A stretch of 64,000 nucleotides of DNA from Histomonas meleagridis 2922-C6/04-290x (taxonomy: Eukaryota > Protista > Parabasalia), in NCBI GenBank assembly GCA_020184695.1, contig JAANOX010000098.1, forward strand, positions 124,001 through 188,000, read 5' to 3'. This document shows positions 20,733 to 32,373 of this stretch, piece by piece (position 1 is the first letter of the stretch; each line of letters opens with the position of its first letter). The position numbers and the translations under genes are program-made. The notes under the pieces are model-generated. The model had not been told where the DNA came from and did no database searches. It saw nothing but the letters and a program-made list of their open reading frames with translations.

Positions 20733-21098
20733 TCAAACGCTTATGACAGTGCACTTTTTCTTATTGATTCCGTCTGGACATACATACCTATCCTTGACAA
20801 AAGAATCTATGTTTGGCATATCGTCAATACCCCTTTTGATCGTATGCTTCTTGCCCAGCAAATGCTTGTAGATAGGTCTCTCTTTGTTGGTAACAACCTC
20901 CTTAGATCTTTGCTTTAGCTTGTTCACACCGATAGCCTCTGGATCTTTTTCAAGTCCATAATATGTTTCATCGGCTTCGTCTTCATCATTTTGAAATAAA
21001 AGTAGTTTTATTGGAACGCGGATTGGTTTTTTTGGTGTTGTGATGACAATTGGCTTTGTAAACTTAATCGTACGTAATACAACGAGTGCAAAAATCAT
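20733..21098 (-). CDS. Small hypothetical protein, possibly secreted
   Basis: ATG preceded by TCATTTT. Short hydrophobic N-terminus MIFALVVL. 121 aa. Confidence 0.55.
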   Translation of the reverse strand: MIFALVVLRTIKFTKPIVITTPKKPIRVPIKLLLFQNDEDEADETYYGLEKDPEAIGVNKLKQRSKEVVTNKERPIYKHLLGKKHTIKRGIDDMPNIDSFVKDRYVCPDGINKKKCTVISV

Positions 21099-21473
21099 TT
21101 ATAGAAAATGAACACAAACAAATCTCTGATTATACAATTTTGTGAGATGTTTTGTGGGCAGAAATTGCAGCAAGAAGTTCAAAAAGTGGGTTTTCCGCTG
21201 AAATGTTCATAATTGGGGAAAAAGGAGACTTATATTTAGAATAATTTATTGGGTATGAAATTACAAGAAAAAATATAAATTTTATTGTTTTTATTTAAAG
21301 ATCATATTAAAGAAATAGCGAAAAATTTACTGTTTTATTCATAAACTTACATTAGCTAATGAATTAAACAATCACAAGTTCTGATAGATTTTTTGGTTAG
21401 TCACTTTTCGAAAAATGCACTTCCTTTTTTACCACATTTTTAGAGTTTCGGATGACAATAAAAGTGTTTAGTT

Positions 21474-23228
21474 ATGGCACCTTTATGCAATGAAAAAATC
21501 TTTGCCAAATCGATAAAAACTTCGTTGAAATTTTATCCGAACGATCATTTTTATCATAAAATATCTATCGATTTCCAAAAAAACGTATTTTTCATAGGTC
21601 AGAGTCATCTGAAATATTATAGGAATTGCATCACAAGATGCATATTATTTACTTGATGAAATGATACAACAACATTTAGTCGACGAAGAGATAGTTAAAA
21701 ATATTCAATCAAAATATTTTGCACATTATAAAACAGATAAAAGAAAAAATCATCAGCAGTAGAGGAAATAATTATAACGCCTCCTGTAGCTGGAACTACA
21801 ATAGAGGAAATAATTACTGTAGTACCTATACATATGGAGGAAATAATAAATCTGATCGAAACATTGAAAGAGAATTTGTATCAAATTATAATCAGCTTTC
21901 ACAAAATGATTTTGAGCTTCATAAGAAATATATTAATGAAGGAATTAATCCAAATGAAATAGCAAAAGCAATTCGATATGATGAAATCGAAAAACTTCAG
22001 GTATTATCATAAAATACAAAATTTAATTTTAATCAGAAAATTGAACCATCACTTTATGAAAGATGTTCATTTATTAATCAAGAAAATGTTGCATTAATTG
22101 ATTATGCAGCATTTTTTGGATCTGTTAAATGTTTTAAATACTTATTATTAAATAATTCCAAACTAATAAATACAGGTAAATATGCTACTGCAGGTGGAAA
22201 TGAAGAAATATTTCATTTATGTGAGCAAAACCATGTTCAATTTAATGGGTAATTGGAAACGGCAATTAAATTTCATCGAAATGATATCTTTCATTAAATT
22301 TATGAAAACAAATTAGAAAAAATAGATGAGGATAGACCAACTTCAAATGGTAGAATGTCTGGTTTTGGCTATGGTTATAGTAGTTATAGTTCAAGTTCGA
22401 AAATTTCTTCTAATGAACAGATAAAGATTCAACTTATTGAAGCCTGTAGAAAATATGGAAATTATGAAATTTTATCGTTTTTAGAAAATGAAGGATTCAA
22501 AATTAATGAATCGATAATTAATGGAGCCGCAAGATGGCAACTTATTTCTTTTCATTCACTTTCTACAAGAGAATCAAATTCCTAATAATGTTTTAGCACC
22601 TGCAATGGAAGCTGGTAATTTTGAACTTGTTAAATTTATTCTTGTGTGTGTGGTTTCGAATAAGAATAAAATATTTTTATTAAATTTGATGTTTAATTTG
22701 ATTATTTGATATTTTAAAATGTAATTTGAGGATTATTTTAGATATTTGAAGAGAAAGAAATTTAGGAAATTGGAAACCAAGAAACAGTACCTTAATTTGA
22801 TTCTTAAAAGAGAAAGTACTAATAATAAAATCAAAACTATATGTTTTGTTTTTAGAATGTTTATTCCAAATATTTAAAATTTTAAATAATGATTTAATGT
22901 TTATGTATAATATTTCTTTCTGATCTTATTAATAAAATAAAAAATGTACATGAAACATTTAATAAGTTACTTCTTGAACAATATGACTTGAATGTAAATG
23001 TTAAATTTATTTATTTGTATTATATGGTACTTCATAATAACATTTGGAAATTATTCAAATTGTTCAATATACCGCTTATATGGGCATCTGAAAATGGTAA
23101 TATAAAAATAAATTACTTCTGAGACAAAAAGGAATTGATATTAATACTAAATGTATTTATTTGTTTTAATTAATGTTTCATAATAATATTTGGAAATTAT
23201 TTAAATTATTTTATACATCACTTCATTA
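21474..23228 (+). pseudogene. DUF3447/ankyrin-repeat gene relic
   Basis: IAKAIRYDEIEKLQ, LIDYAAFFGSVKCFKYLL, AGGNEEIFHLCE, AIKFHRNDIF and later ankyrin pieces (PLIWASENGN, GIDINTK). In-frame TAA at 22010, 22250 and 22295, plus frameshifts. Confidence 0.8.
22967..23228 (+). repeat. Two degenerate tandem ankyrin units (period 146 bp), each carrying a 63-nt AT-rich insert
   Basis: TTACTTCT at 22967 and 23113. Inserts 23006-23068 and 23152-23214 are 50/63 identical. Confidence 0.7.
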
Positions 23229-23690
23229 GTTTCAAATTCAAGTCAATCTTAGATATTGAAACAGAATCAATTCGTGATGTGTTTCAAGGCATTGGAGATC
23301 TCTGTTTCATTTTAATGACTACAAAAGATTCAAACATTTTAGAAGATCTTTTAAATTTATTGATGAATTAATTCGATTGAAGTAACACATGAAGTAATAT
23401 GGTAAGAAGGTGACAGTCCAAGAACGTGCACAACAAATGATTCGTGAAGAAGAGCAAAAACATAACGTACATTAACAAGAATTCTTGTTTAAAACTCCAT
23501 AAAATGTTCATAGTTTAGCATATAATCATGAATAATATGGGCTAATAAGAAAAGCGGAAATAGAACATAGAAATCTTTTTAATGCATTAATATATTACCA
23601 TTTTATTTATTCTCATAATTAGTAAATTTCGTAGATGTTTTTCATATTTTTAAAAATATGTTAGAAATCATATTATAGATAGTTCTTTAT

Positions 23691-25004
23691 TTATATATCA
23701 ATGATAAGTTCATCTCCAAAATCAATTGATGGCGTATCGTCTTCGAAATAACCGCCATAACCGCTGTTTGTTTTTGATTTGTAATAGCCGTAACCGTCGT
23801 TAGCCGGCTCAATGAACGAATACTCTTCACCAAGAGAAATTCCAGGCTCACAAAGGCCAGCTAAAGGAAGCCATTCCTCTGTATTATTTTTGATTATGGC
23901 GTTTCGCTGATTGTAATCTACAGATATGAAATCATTCCATTCTGTAGTTTGGAGTGCAGAAGAATAGCAAGAAACAAGTTCAAAAACTTGAACAACTGCA
24001 TCCATATGAATACACCATTTTCCAGATCGGAAATGTTCAATCAATTTTGATACAAATCCTGGGATTTTGGAAACATTGACGATGTTTTCTGTATTTTCAT
24101 TTTGTAACATTTGAACGAGCTTCTGGTGAAGAGTTTCGTGTCGAAAGAAGAACGAAAATAAATATTCTATATCTTCATGAATAATATCAATTGCAGAAAT
24201 TGTAAGTTGGGTAACATTATCACTTGTAATTGTTAACTGCTGAATTTGTTCCTGAGTTAGGAAATCATTAATGGGATTATTCGAAATAATTTTGGAACAG
24301 AGAATAATCATATCTGTCATAGCAACAATTGATTTTGTAGAAAGAGCATAATTTATCATTAGTTGAACAACTTTGGGGTTGTTATATTGGGATATGATTG
24401 GTGTTGTTATCGAAGAATTATTATAAACAGAGCAGAGGACATATGCTGCGTTTCTACTTGTTTCTTCATCTTGTGTAAGCATCTCACTGATCCTCAGAAT
24501 AATTGAATTATTTTCTATGAAAGACATTGACTTTGTCAAAATCAAAATTAAAATTTCTTGAATACCAAGTACGTTGATTCTGTTTAAAATGAGATCAACA
24601 GAATCACCAAACATTTGGAAAAGCAAAGGAGTATTCCATTTGATTTGATTTTCAATTATCCGACTGAAATAACCTGCTAAAAGGGAATTATTTGAGTCAT
24701 CAGATTTTAGGAATTCATGAAAATATGTTGATAAGGTGGTACTTGATTGAACAAAATTGTAAATCTTTGAAGAATTTGAAGTAAAAAATGATACCGCGAT
24801 TTCAGATAATTCTTTAAAATTTGTAGAATGTATATACTTAGTTGATAAACACCATTCAGCCATTTGTGAAATAATTGCATCTTGACAAATATAATCAATG
24901 AGAGGTGACAATCCAATTTTTAAAGCAACAGTTAGCTCTCCAGATGAAAGTAATTTTTCCATCGGTAAATTATTATTAATAGTTCCTTTTTGGCGAGAAT
25001 TCAT
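23691..25004 (-). CDS. SIT4/PP6 phosphatase-associated (SAPS-domain-like) protein
   Basis: LIDYICQDAIISQMAEW..., LLAGYFSRIIE and an acidic C-terminus resemble SAPS-family N-terminal features. Confidence 0.6.
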   Translation of the reverse strand: MNSRQKGTINNNLPMEKLLSSGELTVALKIGLSPLIDYICQDAIISQMAEWCLSTKYIHSTNFKELSEIAVSFFTSNSSKIYNFVQSSTTLSTYFHEFLKSDDSNNSLLAGYFSRIIENQIKWNTPLLFQMFGDSVDLILNRINVLGIQEILILILTKSMSFIENNSIILRISEMLTQDEETSRNAAYVLCSVYNNSSITTPIISQYNNPKVVQLMINYALSTKSIVAMTDMIILCSKIISNNPINDFLTQEQIQQLTITSDNVTQLTISAIDIIHEDIEYLFSFFFRHETLHQKLVQMLQNENTENIVNVSKIPGFVSKLIEHFRSGKWCIHMDAVVQVFELVSCYSSALQTTEWNDFISVDYNQRNAIIKNNTEEWLPLAGLCEPGISLGEEYSFIEPANDGYGYYKSKTNSGYGGYFEDDTPSIDFGDELIIDI

Positions 25005-25535
25005 TTCAAAATCGTGATGAAGAGGTAATGGCTATTTCCGTTAAAATTCAAAAGATAACGTCCAATTTTCAGTGCAACTTGGTCTGTGGGGAGTTCAAAA
25101 TCGTTATAAAGTTTAGAAAAACATTGTTTTTGATAACTGTAAAATAAACTATTGAAAACAACAAAAACCAAAAATTACGAACAGCTTTTCAACGCTGACA
25201 AAAGGTTTAAACTTAAAGATTTTATGAAAAAAACTTAATATATTCATTAAGGCCAATAAGGTTAAGGGATAAGTATGAATGAAAATTAACATTAACTCAA
25301 AACAATGATCAAGAATGATGCCACCATTCATAAAAAAATGCCATCTTTCACATATTTTTATTGAAATAATTTGGCAGACAAAATTTACATTCAAAAACCT
25401 CATCGAATTTGGGGTTTTCGACCAAACGAACGAAATAAACAGAATTTTATCGTTAGTTCCCGTTTATTGCGTTACTTTTGCGTAAACGACTATTTTCCGT
25501 TCACAAGTTAAAACACAAATAAACTCAAATTTCCT

Positions 25536-27125
25536 TTAGTATTTAAGGTCAGAACCTCCGGTGAATTCTCTTATACAAGAAATGTGAGGTACGTCTTGCA
25601 ATGGAATTGCGTAAAACAAATTTGCCAATCCGAGTAATCTTTTTGCTTCTCTTGTGATCTCTTGTGTCATTGGGTCTTCAGGGTCTTCTCCTTCCTCAGG
25701 CATTGTTGCCTCAGACAGAAGAGGTCTTGCGAATATAGAAAGAACAGGCAACTCATAAACAAGAGATGAATTAAAGAACATTTCAGCATTTCCTTGATAA
25801 GGGAAAATATTCTTTTCTTCACCAATTCTAACACTTGTCCATCGGTGGATTGTCTTTCTTGCGGAATAACCTCTAAATTTATGATCTCTAATAATACGAC
25901 GAATCAATCTCAAGTCAGTTGTAGGGAATCTATGTGAATTATCAATGGACAATGGGGTCAATGGTGATACATATATAGGTGTAACTTCATCACGACCAAG
26001 TGGAATAAGTAATTCGGGATTAAGTCCATGAATTCCCTCAAGAATGAGGAAGCTATTCGGTGGTAAAGTGATTGGTTGTTCGGGATAATCAATGCCAAGT
26101 CCGGATTTGAAGTCATAACGACGACGTGGAACACTTTCGCCATTAATTAATTTATGAACTCGCTCACTAAGAAGTGAAACATTAAGAGCTGTGATGGCTT
26201 CGAAGTCACGAAGGCCATCGGGACCAAATGGAGTGTCTTCACGATTAAGGAAATAGTCATCCATTTCAATAACAACTGATTCATAGCCAAAAACGCGAAG
26301 AGCGATGTCTAAACGTTTTGCAAATGTGGTTTTGTTGGATGATGATGGACCTGCAATGGTGACAATTCGTTTATGTGGGAAATTGGCAACTAATGCTGCT
26401 GCAATCTTTGAAAGTTTACGTTGGTGAAGACCTTCGCAAACCCATTTGAGGTCGTAGTATTGACGTTTGTAGATAACTGAGTTAAGTTTGGCAACATTAT
26501 CAACGCCAATAAGTTTGGCCCATTGTGTGTACTCGGTAAACATTTCTAATTGTGCAGCAGGGTCAACCCATTCACCAAGAGATTGGTTGGATGTAAGTGT
26601 TGGCATACGAATAACAAGTCCTTTATTATAAAGAACAAAGCCATATGTACCTACACGTGTAAGGTCAGTGAGAACTGGCTCAAGGCAATAGTCAACAAAA
26701 TCGCCACATTTGATGCATTGAACTGGATTCTCAGATATTGTTTTGAGAACACCAAGTTTATCAAAGCGACCTTCGGATGTGAACTTCTTGAAGAGGTCCA
26801 TTCGAGGAACCTTTACATTTTCTATAGTTTTATGTGTTTGAAGAAATTCATCAAAAGCTTTTTTGATTTGTTCAAGCATTTCAGGAGTAATTTCGACATC
26901 CTCGAGGTCTACACAGTAAACACCATCACCGAGTGAGTGTGCAACTTTAAGTTGACGCTTGAAAAGTTGTTCGTAGATATTGCAAAGGATGAAGATTAAG
27001 GAAGCCTTTTGAGCATTTTGTTGAATGCGGATAGAGCAGTTCTCAAGAATGTCATCCTTTTTCATTTGGGTTTTATGGATAAAACCAGAGAGAGATTCGA
27101 TGCTGTTATCAATCTCAGAGTTCAT
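25536..27125 (-). CDS. Bacterial-type uridine kinase/phosphoribulokinase-family protein with ThrRS-like N-terminal region
   Basis: IAGPSSSNKTTFAKRL, DDYF, LILEGIHGLN, TTDLRLIRRIIRD..FRGYSA..TI.RW.SVR.GEEKNIFPYQ, FNSSLVYEL, REFTGGS. ATG 27125 is preceded by TCATATTT. An alternative ATG lies at 27188. Confidence 0.85.
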   Translation of the reverse strand: MNSEIDNSIESLSGFIHKTQMKKDDILENCSIRIQQNAQKASLIFILCNIYEQLFKRQLKVAHSLGDGVYCVDLEDVEITPEMLEQIKKAFDEFLQTHKTIENVKVPRMDLFKKFTSEGRFDKLGVLKTISENPVQCIKCGDFVDYCLEPVLTDLTRVGTYGFVLYNKGLVIRMPTLTSNQSLGEWVDPAAQLEMFTEYTQWAKLIGVDNVAKLNSVIYKRQYYDLKWVCEGLHQRKLSKIAAALVANFPHKRIVTIAGPSSSNKTTFAKRLDIALRVFGYESVVIEMDDYFLNREDTPFGPDGLRDFEAITALNVSLLSERVHKLINGESVPRRRYDFKSGLGIDYPEQPITLPPNSFLILEGIHGLNPELLIPLGRDEVTPIYVSPLTPLSIDNSHRFPTTDLRLIRRIIRDHKFRGYSARKTIHRWTSVRIGEEKNIFPYQGNAEMFFNSSLVYELPVLSIFARPLLSEATMPEEGEDPEDPMTQEITREAKRLLGLANLFYAIPLQDVPHISCIREFTGGSDLKY

Positions 27126-27333
27126 GGCCAAATATGAGAAGGAACGATATGAAAATTGAAAGAGGGATTTGAGTGAATTGGCTACCATTCCTAACTGTTT
27201 TAATTGTGATGAAAATGATCGGAAATGATCTGAATTTTCAAAACAAAATAATCGTTTGTAAATTGACGTAAATCAATTTATGAAATTAACAATGTTTGTT
27301 CGATATTCACTTTTTGAACGTGAAAAAAAGCTG

Positions 27334-28533
27334 ATGCTTTTCTTCATCTTTTTGTTTTTCAAGGGAGAAAAATCAATTCCAGAGCCAAGATTTCATGTTA
27401 CTTTGAACGAAGGAAAAGAACATTATCTTTGGAATATTATGCAATCAATGCACTTACCAACATGGAAAAGAAGCTTTCAACCATGCTGGTCGCCAAAAAG
27501 CGAAATCAAATGTTCTCAATTAACCAAAGCATATGACACAATCATTAACTGGGAGAAAAAAATTCAAGGAATTGATTATGAAGATCATCGAATTGTTGAT
27601 CTTTTAATGAAAGCTGGGATTGGGAATGGCATGTATCATGCTGCTAGTGGTGTTTTAATGGGGGTTTTATTAAATCGTGCTGTGTTTAGTCATTATAATT
27701 TTACAAAAGATGGTTTATTATTCCCACCATCTGTTCCAATCAAAGAACCACCCAAAGACTACCAACGCACATTCAAGCAACTTTTAACCACGGAATATTG
27801 GCCCAATTTAAATTATTCGGTATTATTAAATTTCCATCTTCCATTTAAAGCCAAATTTCTTTATCCTTATCAACTTCTTACTGATCCAGACATCAATTAT
27901 TATACCCGTGCATATTTTGGTGTCCATTTTATATATTTCCTATCAAATTATTTTACGTATTTTTCCGACTCTGTTATCCAATTTGCTCAAAAACAATTTA
28001 AAAGCATTCCACAGAACATCAAAGTCATTGGTGTTCATGTCCGTCGACATTACAAAGGGAAATTTTTCATCTGGAATCTTGATTTCCTTAAACGTACTCT
28101 TCAACCATTTCTTGATGACCTTCATCAGAACTCCAAACAGTACATATTCTTCACATCTAATTATGACCAATATACGACCTATTTTAAGGAAAGATATCAA
28201 AAACGTTTTTTCATCTCAGAAGCATCGAAAAAAGAGGACGGAAACAAAAGAGACGCTTTGAACGACATGGCGTGTCTCATCATGTGCGACAAACTAATCG
28301 GAACATTTCGCTCGAGCTTCACAACAATATCTGCAATGAGAGCAATGACAAACGCGTATTACATGTCGTGCGAAGTCGACTCGCTTTTCAGATTCTCGTC
28401 GACGCAAATGGGGCTGTTCTCGATGATAGTGGACGAGTCGGAGAATTGGAATTATATGGCTAACTATCGGCTGAGGGACGAGGAAAGTTATGAAAGTGGA
28501 GTAAGAGCGTTCTTTTATTATTTCGGTATATAG
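27334..28533 (+). CDS. Putative fucosyltransferase-like glycosyltransferase (NodZ/FUT8/GT11-type GT-B motifs)
   Basis: Signal/anchor MLFFIFLFF. AGIGNGM, VIGVHVRR and DMACLIMCDKLIGTFRSSF match conserved alpha-fucosyltransferase motifs. Confidence 0.6.
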   Translation: MLFFIFLFFKGEKSIPEPRFHVTLNEGKEHYLWNIMQSMHLPTWKRSFQPCWSPKSEIKCSQLTKAYDTIINWEKKIQGIDYEDHRIVDLLMKAGIGNGMYHAASGVLMGVLLNRAVFSHYNFTKDGLLFPPSVPIKEPPKDYQRTFKQLLTTEYWPNLNYSVLLNFHLPFKAKFLYPYQLLTDPDINYYTRAYFGVHFIYFLSNYFTYFSDSVIQFAQKQFKSIPQNIKVIGVHVRRHYKGKFFIWNLDFLKRTLQPFLDDLHQNSKQYIFFTSNYDQYTTYFKERYQKRFFISEASKKEDGNKRDALNDMACLIMCDKLIGTFRSSFTTISAMRAMTNAYYMSCEVDSLFRFSSTQMGLFSMIVDESENWNYMANYRLRDEESYESGVRAFFYYFGI

Positions 28534-29220
28534 AAATCTCATTTTTTGTTTTGTATGTTGTAATAAAAAATTTTTTAAATTTAAATTTTTAGTGATTTTA
28601 AAGAAATTGTCGAAATAATTATAAAAAATGTTTAAATGTAAATGAGAAGAATGGATAAAGAGTATTCAAATAAATAATTATTCAAACGGTAAATTTATTC
28701 ATCTGCATTGAAACAAGAACCAGATGTCCAAAATCTTTTTTGTGCAAAATTAAAATGTTTCCTTATTTTTTGTTATATTTTTAACTATAACTTGTTATAA
28801 TAAGATTATCTATTCATTGATGCAAGAGCACACTGAAATATCTCAACAGTATGATATACTGTTTATGATTTCATTGAAATTAGCAGATGAAGTTAGTCAA
28901 TATTGATTTTAAAGACGATTAAAAAACAGGTAAACATTTTTTGATTCTCTTTAAATTCCCCATCTCAGATGAAAAACATTAAATACCTAACTAAAACATG
29001 AAAAATTATGATATGATCATATCAAAAGCTTAAATTATGAGTGCCAAAAGATAAGTGGTGATACTTCAAATACCGGCACAACCTATACTTTTTTAGCATG
29101 AATTATAATTATACGCCGTTTTTGCCTTTGGTGTGTTTGTAATAAAAAGCATTAAATGTGAAAAAAAATGGGAAAATTTTTTTACTAAATTGTTGGCCTC
29201 CATTATAACTTTCGAATATT

Positions 29221-29658
29221 TTATACATATGTTGAAATAACTTTGGGTCGCTTTCGCATTGCTTGTTCGTTGGATCTAGGCAAGATTTCTGCATAAGACT
29301 TAATTATCTTAGGGTATTTTTGTCCATAAATAATACCATTTGGTGATTTTTGTTTTGCAAAATATGTTTGTAAGGTTTTAAAAGCGCGTTTCAACTCGAT
29401 CTTGTTTTCATCATTTTTGTCTTTAATTGCTTTAGTATCACGGAGTTTAGTAAAAGCTTCAATTACTGTTATAGGACGCAAAGTTACTGTTTTAATTTTT
29501 CCATTGGTTGCTTTATTTTTGATTCTTAGTGTCTGAAAGGAATGTATTGGGATTGTTTTATGTTCAACACCATGGATGAGATAATCTAATTGGGGAGGAA
29601 CCACTATTGTTTTAACAGTTGAATAACATTTGGTAATGAATGCAAGGACAAAAAGCAT
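29221..29658 (-). CDS. Small hypothetical basic protein, possibly secreted
   Basis: ATG 29658, MLFVLAFITKC N-terminus, 145 aa. Confidence 0.5.
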   Translation of the reverse strand: MLFVLAFITKCYSTVKTIVVPPQLDYLIHGVEHKTIPIHSFQTLRIKNKATNGKIKTVTLRPITVIEAFTKLRDTKAIKDKNDENKIELKRAFKTLQTYFAKQKSPNGIIYGQKYPKIIKSYAEILPRSNEQAMRKRPKVISTYV

Positions 29659-29874
29659 TTCTTGGAGCAAGAAAATTGAAGCAAAATTTTGTCAATTTGA
29701 CGGGGTTGCCCGAAAAAGCCGATAGTTACATAACTGGTTGCAGAAAACGGGCAATAATTTTTGATCGGTTTCAATAGAATCGTAGTCAAAAAGTAGAGCC
29801 GATACTACAGATTTTTTTCAATTATAAAAAGCCAAAAAAAAATCATTTCCAAATACAATTTTATTACACAAATT

Positions 29875-32031
29875 CTATTCAAGTCTATAATTTACCAATT
29901 CGTCCTGCAACGTCAGGTATTCTTCCATCAACTCGTTATTCTTGGACAGCAAATGTAACACTGCTATTTCCAAACGCGGCCATAAGAAATCGTTTTCATT
30001 TTCGATCAGATTCAAATACTTTTGTTTCATCACGAAGTTGTTCAAAAACAAAACTCTCGAAATCAACTTTGAGCAATCACTAAACGCAATTGCGAATTGG
30101 ATAACAGTACTTTCGCAATCATCGACGCGAACCAACTCGTCCAATTGCTTAAGAGACTTAAACAATATGTGAAACGTCCATTCGAATGGAACCGAATTAA
30201 CATTTCTTATGTTTTCAACGGCCATCCATAGCTTCTGATGTAACAAAAGCGCCTTTCGCGAGTTGCCTTTGTTCGTGCTATGGAATGGCTTCGGCAGAAC
30301 TATAGTTTCGCGAACTTCTTCTAAATGCATTTGCCATTTGCGTTCCAAAATTCGCATCCGATTGATGATTTCGCTCGGTAATGTGATGGAGATAAAGTGT
30401 TGGATTATCATCATGTAAACAATTTGATGTAATTGTGGTGAATCAACTTTTCGTAATATCTTATTCATTAATTCTTTGGTCGAATTAAACGTAAGAGATA
30501 CTATGGGAGATAAAATATGGGTCATTTGGGAGCGGATTATTGGTAAAGAGATCGAATTATAGTATTGCTCAAATAAATCTGATATTTGAATTATGGAATT
30601 AAGAATCATTTGATGCATTAAATAATGCTCAAAATTGTTGGCTGAGTTTTGGAGATCAATAATGTTCTGTTCCATGGAATATTGGACAAATGAATCATAT
30701 TTGTCTCCAATGATCTTTTTAATAATTTGAAGTTTCTCTCGTTCTTCTAATGGAAGAGTTGCATTACCAAGTAAATAGTCAACTGGTGGAATAAGAAGTT
30801 CTTCACAGCTCATTTGTATCTCACACCATAATCGTTTGAAATCTGGATTTGGTGCTGAAGCTTGTAAGCATTGATATTCGTCATTGTTAAAAACAACTTG
30901 TCTCCAGTTAGCACTTAGTTCTTGTGGAATTTTTGGTTTTTTGGAATATATTTTTATCCAAAATGGTTTTAAATCAATTGAGTCAAAATATTGATTTTTA
31001 ACAAAATGTCTTAAATTTGCTGGTAATTCATTAATAAGTTGAAGACTAGTTATAGCACAATGGACATCGAGCGGTGTAAGCAAAAGTGTCGTATATGTCA
31101 ATTGAAAAGGTGTGTAGCTTAACGGCACCTCAAAAAGTGGATTTGAACGCATTGAAAAAATGTCACAAAAATTTTGATAATTTTTCATATTGTCTTTGAG
31201 GTAAACACATAAGTACTTGAATTGAAAGAAATGACGGTAGTATGGAGTGGCTTTTAGTACTCGGAGGAGTTGAGGAAGAGCAAAAGAATGAAGGAAAAAA
31301 TGAAGAACATGTAGTTGACTCCATCCACGAGTAATCATAAATCGAAGAATAAATTGATGTGGTTGTGGAAGAAGTGGATATTTATTTTTAATGGATTGCA
31401 AAACAAGAGGTACATATGTTGTAACTATTAAATTATTTTGAATCATTTCAGAATCTAAACGAGAATCATAACAAAAGGTAGAAAAAAATATATCACAAAC
31501 ATTCTCTATAAAGCGAAATGTGGTTCCGTTGCAGAAAAATGGAATTAATGCTTCATCAACAATCTTTTTGGAGGAAGTACCAACTAAACTACAATAAAAT
31601 GGGAAAGCATCAGAAATGTGCTCCCCTGATGTGAAAAAGCCGAAGAAAGCAGGAATTGTAGAATATATCATAAAGATATAAAAATCTCTGCGTTGTCTAT
31701 TTTTATAATTAGCTTCTAATGCACGAATCATAATTGAAGGATTTCGTGCAATAAATTGTGCAAATGTAGAAATATATTGAATTTGTTGAGGTTGAACATG
31801 TTGCATTAAATCATCTGTTCCCTGATGAACAACAGTAAATAAATGATCTTTTGGTGGTATAAGCGATTCTGGATATACACCTGATGTAACTAATAGTAAT
31901 ATTGATGACGCCCTTTGATGTAATATTATTTTATTTCGAACTTTTTCTGCTGCTCGTATGTACCCTGTTAAATGCGCTTTAGGTATTTCTGGTACAGAGG
32001 TTTTTAGTTTGTTGTAGATTTCTTCGAGCAT
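29875..32031 (-). CDS. Conserved-looking hypothetical protein; possible degenerate VPS9-like C-terminus
   Basis: 718-aa open frame. The C-terminal AVENIRNVNSVP...DDCESTVIQFAIAFSDCSKLISRVLFLNNF loosely fits VPS9 spacing. Confidence 0.55.
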   Translation of the reverse strand: MLEEIYNKLKTSVPEIPKAHLTGYIRAAEKVRNKIILHQRASSILLLVTSGVYPESLIPPKDHLFTVVHQGTDDLMQHVQPQQIQYISTFAQFIARNPSIMIRALEANYKNRQRRDFYIFMIYSTIPAFFGFFTSGEHISDAFPFYCSLVGTSSKKIVDEALIPFFCNGTTFRFIENVCDIFFSTFCYDSRLDSEMIQNNLIVTTYVPLVLQSIKNKYPLLPQPHQFILRFMITRGWSQLHVLHFFLHSFALPQLLRVLKATPYYRHFFQFKYLCVYLKDNMKNYQNFCDIFSMRSNPLFEVPLSYTPFQLTYTTLLLTPLDVHCAITSLQLINELPANLRHFVKNQYFDSIDLKPFWIKIYSKKPKIPQELSANWRQVVFNNDEYQCLQASAPNPDFKRLWCEIQMSCEELLIPPVDYLLGNATLPLEEREKLQIIKKIIGDKYDSFVQYSMEQNIIDLQNSANNFEHYLMHQMILNSIIQISDLFEQYYNSISLPIIRSQMTHILSPIVSLTFNSTKELMNKILRKVDSPQLHQIVYMMIIQHFISITLPSEIINRMRILERKWQMHLEEVRETIVLPKPFHSTNKGNSRKALLLHQKLWMAVENIRNVNSVPFEWTFHILFKSLKQLDELVRVDDCESTVIQFAIAFSDCSKLISRVLFLNNFVMKQKYLNLIENENDFLWPRLEIAVLHLLSKNNELMEEYLTLQDELVNYRLE

Positions 32032-32373
32032 GGGGAAGAACCTTATTGTTTTTCTTGGCGAAAACAATAAGGTTCGTTAAATACGGGGAAGCCGTTAAAA
32101 GTACGATACCGCATTTTTCATTTGAATGAATTCAATCAATTTTCAGATAACAGTAAAATTTGATAGGAATATCTTTTCTGATTTATCTGCAAAAGCTTAA
32201 AAAAACGTGTTTTATTTTCTATGATGATATTTATTGATCAAAAGCATAAAATGATATTTGTTTGATAAAATTTATAGTTTTTACTCAATAAATTATATAA
32301 AAAAATATTTTAGAACATAAAAAAGCATTTATTAAACTTTTAAAAACAAATTATTTAAAATCGTAATTAAAAT

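Noticed and set aside
22010-22297. In-frame TAA codons suggesting TAA reassignment (as in hexamitids)
   Set aside because: Most intact genes here end in TAA. The stops fall at positions expected for different residues, and the locus also has frameshifts.
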